DNA of 64,000 nucleotides from Candidatus Enterousia sp. (GTDB lineage Bacteria; Pseudomonadota; Alphaproteobacteria; Rs-D84): NCBI GenBank assembly GCA_045606425.1, contig JAZURV010000011.1, positions 3,496 to 67,495 of the forward strand, read 5' to 3'. Shown piece by piece: positions 58,686 to 64,000 of this stretch (position 1 is its first letter; each line of letters starts with the position of its first letter). The notes under the pieces were generated by a model. It saw only the letters and a program-made list of their open reading frames with translations, ran no database searches and was not told where the DNA came from. The position numbers and the translations under genes were made by a program.

Positions 58686-59369
58686 TTATTGTGGTACATT
58701 AAATGTCCAACCGGTAAATATCTTGCCGTTGATATGTTGTGCTTTTTGTGGTGTGCGGATATCGCCACCGTAAGTGACCGAACCAGCATTATTTGCGGTA
58801 ATATCTGTCGAATCTGCGTGGTCCCATGTGATAAAGATAGTGTTCGGCGTACATGATGTGGCGCCCGCATCAGACGAATAGCCCGTTGCACAGGGTTCGA
58901 TTCCCTGATTTATCGTTTCATTAAAACTGTATGTCCCGCCAACGCAATAGTTGCCAGCAGGGCATTGGGTGCATTCATCAACATTCGCCGGTAAATAATA
59001 ACCCGATGAACAGATATGTGTATTTGGTTCAAAAACAGTATGAAATCCCCAGATAACATTTTGGTCGCAACCATAATTATACCCACTTGTTATCGTTGGA
59101 TTGTAAGATATCCCCTGTGAATTGTTTTCATCAAAAGTAAATGTTCCACCACTGCAAGTATGGTCAGTTGGACAAGGTTCGCACCCATCGTGATTTGCCG
59201 GTAAATAATAACCGCTTGCACAAGTATATTCGTTTGCTTCAAACACCGCGGACAAACTTGGCGCCATTTCAATATTATCACAATAATTAGAAGTGTTTGT
59301 GGTGATTAAACCCCCGTATGCAAAGGTTGCATTTAAAATAACAACAAAGATAAAAACAATCTTTCGCAT
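58686..59369 (-). CDS. secreted Cys-rich repeat protein (YYLPAN repeats) with C-terminal Flg_new-type repeat (paralogue of 10318-10974)
   Basis: Signal peptide. Repeats CASGYYLPANHDGCEPCPTDHTCSGGTFTF and CSSGYYLPANVDECTQCPAGNYCVGGTYSF. The C-terminus is near-identical to its paralogue. Confidence 0.7.
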   Translation of the reverse strand: MRKIVFIFVVILNATFAYGGLITTNTSNYCDNIEMAPSLSAVFEANEYTCASGYYLPANHDGCEPCPTDHTCSGGTFTFDENNSQGISYNPTITSGYNYGCDQNVIWGFHTVFEPNTHICSSGYYLPANVDECTQCPAGNYCVGGTYSFNETINQGIEPCATGYSSDAGATSCTPNTIFITWDHADSTDITANNAGSVTYGGDIRTPQKAQHINGKIFTGWTFNVPQ

Positions 59370-59371
59370 AT

Positions 59372-60046
59372 TTATTGTGCGTTATAGTTTTCTTCCACAG
59401 GTGTTGCCAATGGATAATAGATGGTTACAGGGGTTCCTGCGTTGTATTGTGCCTTTAACCAGTTTGTCCAATCGGTTGTTGTTGGAAATGTTGCTGTGAC
59501 AGTAAAGTTTACGTTAGCGCTACCAACATATATTGCGTTTGTAGAACCTGCACCACCAGCGGGGAAATGTGTACTTATTATATTTGTTGACCACGACGGC
59601 AAAGAAGCGCCCGGGAAATATGTTGACTTACTGATAGACAAAAAACTTCCGTTTAAAGTATAATCTTCCGTTCCGTCAAGCACCTTGACCCCGACTCTTC
59701 TAGTTATTTTCCCTGTTGTTGGGTCATAACTATCTGCAATAAAATTATCGCCACTGCCGATTGCGCGCAAAACAGTATTTCCAAATTGCCTGAAAGTCGG
59801 TTCTATCGGATTTGTTGGTGTTGGGGTGCCGGATTGTGACCAAGAACCAATCGCATCATTTTGTTGCCATCCGACAAAATGATACCCGTATTTTGTTGGG
59901 GTTGGGCTTGGTAATGCAAAATTTCCGCCGGTTTCACATGTTGTCTGTGCATAGGTCGAACCGTCCATCAACCAATCTATATTTACAGTTGTCGCATGTG
60001 CAATCCCCACAAACAGCACACATAATAACACAAAAAACTTTTTCAT
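59372..60046 (-). CDS. secreted protein: N-terminal Flg_new-type repeat plus divergent C-terminal domain (paralogue of 10974-11768 over the N-terminus only)
   Basis: Start placed at MKKFFVLLCVLF (GGGGGAAAGA RBS). The longer track ORF runs into the leader. The C-terminal part ends ...VTIYYPLATPVEENYNAQ. Confidence 0.7.
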   Translation of the reverse strand: MKKFFVLLCVLFVGIAHATTVNIDWLMDGSTYAQTTCETGGNFALPSPTPTKYGYHFVGWQQNDAIGSWSQSGTPTPTNPIEPTFRQFGNTVLRAIGSGDNFIADSYDPTTGKITRRVGVKVLDGTEDYTLNGSFLSISKSTYFPGASLPSWSTNIISTHFPAGGAGSTNAIYVGSANVNFTVTATFPTTTDWTNWLKAQYNAGTPVTIYYPLATPVEENYNAQ

Positions 60047-60285
60047 TCTTTCCCCCGTTTCCCAAAAAAAGACCGCCAAAGAAATTGGTGGTCGGGGGTT
60101 AGAACAGCATAATCGAGAAATGCCCCACTTGCGTGGCACCCCGACCTGTGTCAGGGCATTGACGCGAATGCGCCAAGGACGAATTCAGCACTTTTGTGCC
60201 GCTCAATTCTGGGATGTTCTAAGTCCCGAACCCAATTCCCATTGGATTCACCATGAACTATATCACAAAATCTATAAATAGACAA
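60047..60285 (-). promoter_or_regulatory. promoter plus about 200-nt structured 5' leader with antiterminator/terminator (leader L3; homologue of 22608-22877)
   Basis: Minus strand: TTGTCT-17-TGaTATAGT (60257-60285). Stems: P1 GAAUCCAAU-GGGA-AUUGGGUUC, P2 GGGA/UCCC, P3 GAAUU-gag-CGGCAC-AAAA-GUGCUG-AAUUC, P4 UUGGCGC/GCGUCAA. GGUCGGGG pairs with CCCCGACC, which overlaps terminator GACCACC/GGCGGUC plus U7 (60064-60098). Confidence 0.55.
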
Positions 60286-60436
60286 TGCTTTTTTCACTTG
60301 CGCAAAAAATTAAAAACCTTTATAATATTTCCGCTTGATTTTTAATAATGGTGTGCTATGCTTTGACCGATTATCAGTATAAAATGGCAGAAATGCCGGG
60401 GTGTGGTTATGGGCATAGAGGTATAAAAGTAATAAA

Positions 60437-60510
60437 AGGGGCTTAGTTCAACGGTAGAATATCGGTCTCCAAAACCGCGGATAAGGGTTCGATTCCTTTA
60501 GCCCCTGCCA
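60437..60510 (+). tRNA. tRNA-Trp (anticodon CCA)
   Basis: Acceptor AGGGGCT/AGCCCCT, anticodon loop CTCCAAA, T-arm AAGGG-TTCGATT-CCTTT, encoded CCA. Canonical position upstream of secE. Confidence 0.9.
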
Positions 60511-60551
60511 GAAAAAATGCTGATAAACAAGGCGTAAATTTAGGAAAATAC

Positions 60552-60731
60552 ATGAAAAAAATAATAGATTTTGTCAAAGCAGTCCGTAGCGAATGGTTTA
60601 AAATAGTGTGGCCAACACGCGAAACTGTTATTCATACTACATTTATGATATTGTTGTTTTCGGGTTTGGCTGCGTTGTTCTTTTTTATAGTGGACAGCAT
60701 ATTAAACGCTTTGGTGAACTGGATTTTCTAA
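60552..60731 (+). CDS. secE: preprotein translocase subunit SecE (59 aa)
   Basis: Not in the ORF track. My translation is MKKIIDFVKAVRSEWFKIVWPTRETVIHTTFMILLFSGLAALFFFIVDSILNALVNWIF. Lies between tRNA-Trp and nusG. Confidence 0.85.
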   Translation: MKKIIDFVKAVRSEWFKIVWPTRETVIHTTFMILLFSGLAALFFFIVDSILNALVNWIF

Positions 60732-60744
60732 AAAGGAATGTATC

Positions 60745-61290
60745 ATGGAAGAAAAAATGCAGTGGTTCGTCGTCAATGTTCATACTTCATGTGAAGACAA
60801 AGTCGCCCGTGAATTGCGTGAACAAATCGATAAACGTAAATTAAACGCCTATTTTGGGGAAATTTTGGTCCCAACACGCGAAGTTTCCGAAGTAAAAGCC
60901 GGCAAACGTGTTAAAACAGAAAAAAAGTTTTTCCCAGGATACATTGTTGTTCAAATGGTTATGAATAACGAAACCTTTTCTTTGGTTAAACTGATGCCTA
61001 ATGTTGTTATGTTTTTGGGACAAAAGGTTAAAAATCAGTCTAAACCGATTCCTATCAGCGAAACAGAGGCACGCCGCCTGTTGAAACAGGTCGAAGAAGG
61101 CTCTGTTGTCGCAGAAGACACTGTCTATGAAGATGGCCAGGAAGTACATGTTATCGATGGTCCATTTGCGAACTTTAATGGTATCGCATCTAATGTTGAT
61201 AATGTTAAACAGAAAATGACAGTGACTATTTTGGTATTTGGTCGCGAAACCAGTGTTGAATTGGAATTCGCCCAAGTTGAAAGAATTTAA
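60745..61290 (+). CDS. nusG: transcription termination/antitermination factor NusG
   Basis: NGN domain (WFVVNVHTSCEDKV) and KOW motif (GQEVHVIDGPFANFNG). Confidence 0.92.
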   Translation: MEEKMQWFVVNVHTSCEDKVARELREQIDKRKLNAYFGEILVPTREVSEVKAGKRVKTEKKFFPGYIVVQMVMNNETFSLVKLMPNVVMFLGQKVKNQSKPIPISETEARRLLKQVEEGSVVAEDTVYEDGQEVHVIDGPFANFNGIASNVDNVKQKMTVTILVFGRETSVELEFAQVERI

Positions 61291-61365
61291 CCCGTTGGTT
61301 AAATAAAACCCGTGGAAGATGCGCCACATCGAACCACGAACACTAAACAAACAAGAGGTGTAATT

Positions 61366-61797
61366 ATGGCAAAAAAAGAACTGAAAGGGATTGTTAAACT
61401 GGTTGTCCCAGCAAAACAAGCCAATCCTGCGCCACCAATTGGGCCGGCGTTGGGTGCTGCGGGTGTGAACATCGCAGAATTTTGTAAACAATTTAATGAC
61501 AAAACAGCAGATAAAGAACCAGGAATGCCAATTCCTTGCATAATCACTGTTTATACAGACCGCAGTTTCGAATTTATTATGAAATTGCCACCTGTGTCAT
61601 ACTATATCAAAAAAGCATTGAAATTGAAAATTGGTTCGCATAAACCAGGACGCGATTTCGTTGGCACAATTTCTAAGGCACAAATCGAAGAAATTGCAAA
61701 GAACAAAATGCCTGACTTGAATTGCTCTACAATTGAATCAGCATGCAACATTGTTGCAGGTCAATGCCGTTCTATGGGCGTAAAGGTGGAGGACTAA
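61366..61797 (+). CDS. rplK: 50S ribosomal protein L11
   Basis: Start at the ATG at 61366 (AAGAGG RBS). MAKKELKGIVKLVVPAKQANPAPPIGPALG. Confidence 0.95.
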   Translation: MAKKELKGIVKLVVPAKQANPAPPIGPALGAAGVNIAEFCKQFNDKTADKEPGMPIPCIITVYTDRSFEFIMKLPPVSYYIKKALKLKIGSHKPGRDFVGTISKAQIEEIAKNKMPDLNCSTIESACNIVAGQCRSMGVKVED

Positions 61798-61800
61798 GTC

Positions 61801-62475
61801 ATGAAAGTTACAAAAAGAAAACAAACTTGGGCTAATTTAGACGCCAAAAAAGTTTACGCTTTGGATGAAGCAATTGAAACATTGCGTGGTTTTTGTTCTA
61901 AAAAATTCGACGAAAGTTTGGAAATCGCAATCAGATTGGGTATCGATGTAACCAAGGCAGACCAAAATATCCGTGGTATGTTATCTTTGCCAAACGGCAC
62001 AGGTAAAAAAGTCCGCGTTGCAGTGTTCACAGTAAATTCACAAGATGAAGCCAAAAAGGCTGGCGCTGATGTTATCGGTGGTGAAGAACTGATTGATAAA
62101 GTTGCAAATGGGTTTTTGGATTTTGACCGTGTTATTGCTACACCTGATATGATGCCAAAGATGTCAAAGGTTGCACGTGTTTTGGGACCAAAGGGCTTAA
62201 TGCCAAACCCAAAATTGGGTACCGTCACAAACAATGTAGCAGAAGCAGTTGCCAATGCAAAGGCTGGACAGATTGAATACCGTGCTGAAAAGAAAGGTAT
62301 TATCCATGCTGGAATTGGTAAAATGTCTTTTGAAACATCTAAATTGGTCGAAAATGCAAATGCGTTAATTGAACAATTGAAAAAAGTTAAACCTGCATCG
62401 GCTAAGGGTCAATATATCCTTGGGTGCAGCGTTGCAACAACCCAGGGCCCAGGTCTGAAGGTTGATGTAAAATAA
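61801..62475 (+). CDS. rplA: 50S ribosomal protein L1
   Basis: Typical L1 sequence (...ESLEIAIRLGIDVTKADQNIRG...) following rplK. Confidence 0.95.
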   Translation: MKVTKRKQTWANLDAKKVYALDEAIETLRGFCSKKFDESLEIAIRLGIDVTKADQNIRGMLSLPNGTGKKVRVAVFTVNSQDEAKKAGADVIGGEELIDKVANGFLDFDRVIATPDMMPKMSKVARVLGPKGLMPNPKLGTVTNNVAEAVANAKAGQIEYRAEKKGIIHAGIGKMSFETSKLVENANALIEQLKKVKPASAKGQYILGCSVATTQGPGLKVDVK

Positions 62476-62659
62476 TTTTATGGTGGGGACAACCCGCCAT
62501 AAACCGAGATTTCTGTCCAAGACTGATGGTGTGAACAAAATCACTTAATTCCCATCATAGACAAAGAAAGATTTCTTTGGGGCAGGAACAAAAGCCCCAC
62601 CCGTGGCAACCGCCACAGATGGAAAGATGAACAAAAAAAGCTTAAAAGGATATATAAAG

Positions 62660-63139
62660 ATGAGACGCGAAGAAAAATCAGATTTGATTTCAGCGTTGCA
62701 GTCGTCCTTGAAAGAAGCAGACGGTGTTTTCGTTATCGAAAACCATGGTTTGACAGTGAAAGAAATGGAATCCCTGCGTAATGAATTGCGCCCATTGGTT
62801 TCCGTATTCAAAGTTGTCAAAAACCGTTTGATGAAATTGGCGTTGAAAGACACCAATTTCGAAGCTGTATCTGATTTGATGAAACGCCCAACGGCGGTTG
62901 CGGTCGCAACTGATGCTTTGGCGGTCACCAAAGTTTTGGCAAAATTTGCCGAAGAACACCAAAATTTGACAATTTTGGGTGGTAAAATGGATGCAGAACT
63001 TCTGGATGTGAACGGCGTTGTGCAATTATCCAAGCTTCCATCACTGTTGGAAATTCGTGGTACTATCGCACGTATATTGGTCGAACCAGCATCACGCCTG
63101 GCACGTGTTTCGGCAGAATATGGAAAAAAAGAAAATTAA
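62660..63139 (+). CDS. rplJ: 50S ribosomal protein L10
   Basis: Start placed at the ATG at 62660 (AAAGGA RBS; MRREEKSDLISALQ...). The 185-nt rplA-rplJ spacer probably holds an L10-type leader. Confidence 0.88.
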   Translation: MRREEKSDLISALQSSLKEADGVFVIENHGLTVKEMESLRNELRPLVSVFKVVKNRLMKLALKDTNFEAVSDLMKRPTAVAVATDALAVTKVLAKFAEEHQNLTILGGKMDAELLDVNGVVQLSKLPSLLEIRGTIARILVEPASRLARVSAEYGKKEN

Positions 63140-63165
63140 AATAAAACTCACGAAGGAGTATTAAA

Positions 63166-63534
63166 ATGGCAGATATTCAAAAAATCGTTGAAGAATTGTC
63201 AAAATTGACTGTCCAAGAAGCAGTCGAATTGTCCAAAGCATTGGAAGAAACATGGGGCGTAAGCGCTGCTGCTGCTGTTGCAGTTGCTGCTGGTCCAGCT
63301 GCCGGTGCAGCGGCTGAAGAAAAAACAGAATTTGATGTTGTGTTGGCAGAAGCCGGTGCAAACAAATTGGCTGTTATCAAAGCTGTTAAAGACATCACAG
63401 GTTTGGGTTTAGGCGAAGCGAAAGCTTTGGTTGAATCTGCACCAAAGGCTGTCAAAGAAGCAGTTGCTAAAGATGAAGCTGAAAAAATCAAAGCTACATT
63501 GGAAGCAGCTGGTGCAAAGGTAGAAATGAAATAA
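63166..63534 (+). CDS. rplL: 50S ribosomal protein L7/L12
   Basis: An Ala-rich hinge and the conserved C-terminal domain ([24 protein letters not shown]). Confidence 0.95.
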   Translation: MADIQKIVEELSKLTVQEAVELSKALEETWGVSAAAAVAVAAGPAAGAAAEEKTEFDVVLAEAGANKLAVIKAVKDITGLGLGEAKALVESAPKAVKEAVAKDEAEKIKATLEAAGAKVEMK

Positions 63535-63701
63535 TTTCTATTTTTATCGAAATCGCAAGATTTCAAAATAATTGCAGAAATGCAATTTTCGCCGCCCGCT
63601 GAAGATGTAAAAATCCTTGGCGGGCACACAGGCGTAAAAAGGTTTTATACTTTTTTCGTTTGCAAAATACACAAAAAAGACAAATAAAAAGGATTCAGAA
63701 A

Positions 63702-64000
63702 ATGGCAGTTATCCAGAAACTTAGAAAATCTTTTGGTAAAAGTTTTTTGCAAACTCCGCTTCCTGATTTGGTTGAAATTCAGTACAATTCTTACAAAGAC
63801 TTTTTACAGGCAGATGTCGCCCCAGAAAACAGAAAAAATATCGGGCTGCAAAATGTGTTCAAATCTATGTTCCCAATTAAAGACTATGCGGGAATCGCAG
63901 ATTTGGAATTCATTGAATATACATTGGATAAACCTGTATATAATGTCCAAGAATGTATGCTGCGTAATTTGACTTATTCCAGCAAACTGAAATTGAAGCT
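63702..64000 (+). CDS. rpoB: DNA-directed RNA polymerase beta subunit, N-terminal fragment (runs off window)
   Basis: My translation is MAVIQKLRKSFGKSFLQTPLPDLVEIQYNSYKDFLQ...FKSMFPIKDY...ECMLRNLTYS, typical of the RpoB N-terminus. AAAGGA RBS. Not in the track because it has no stop. Confidence 0.9.
   Translation, partial: MAVIQKLRKSFGKSFLQTPLPDLVEIQYNSYKDFLQADVAPENRKNIGLQNVFKSMFPIKDYAGIADLEFIEYTLDKPVYNVQECMLRNLTYSSKLKLK

Noticed and set aside
62476-62659. A possible L10 autoregulatory leader with a hairpin (ATGGTGGG...CCCGCCAT) in the rplA-rplJ spacer. A GC-rich hairpin also follows rplL at 63594-63632.
   Set aside because: These are plausible by position, since attenuators at these sites are known. 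I could not verify a family-specific structure by eye, so they are not listed as features.

Overview
This 64-kb window looks like a chromosomal segment of a low-GC diderm bacterium. It is most plausibly a host-associated or reduced alphaproteobacterium. That placement is an inference from a DUF2312/GapR-like protein, a small alpha-type MerR gene after gyrA, the tRNA-Trp-secE-nusG-rplKAJL-rpoB block, a short archaeal/rickettsial-type ValS, and virB8-virB9-virB10. Backbone genes: mraY (partial)-ftsW-murG, comF, valS, rpmH, gyrA, gpx, a marR-tolC-adaptor-RND efflux operon, rmuC, def-fmt, truA, comEC, pyk, a PBP5-like carboxypeptidase, recR, rsmA, a Kef-type antiporter, lspA, yidC, and the ribosomal-protein/rpoB block. 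There are three tRNAs: Glu-CUC, Gln-UUG and Trp-CCA. I recognised no rRNA, CRISPR array, transposase or integrase. Interleaved with the backbone are lineage-specific loci encoding signal-peptide proteins. (a) Two paralogous cassettes pair a small-residue-zipper secreted protein with a trypsin-like protease (2775-4546 and 22878-24763). (b) Two paralogous adhesin-like operons contain Listeria/Bacteroides-type (Flg_new) repeats and Cys-rich YYLPAN repeats (10318-11768 and 58686-60046), and there is a 618-aa relative (15883-17739). (c) A gene carrying an in-frame (AC)20 tract is coupled to a 1143-aa protein whose C-terminus resembles a diphtheria-toxin/ExoA-type ADP-ribosyltransferase (33514-38390). 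The most interesting signal is non-coding. Roughly 200-nt structured 5' leaders lie upstream of three of these operons (22608-22877, 60047-60285 minus, and an analogous one at 11769-11978 minus). Each has an extended -10 promoter, stems with compensatory changes between copies, and mutually exclusive antiterminator/terminator pairings. I do not recognise them as a known riboswitch or leader family. The 22.2-25.9 kb region is bracketed by an exact 28-bp direct repeat next to tRNA-Gln and looks like an inserted islet. All calls rest on reading the sequence and ORF translations; no database search was possible.
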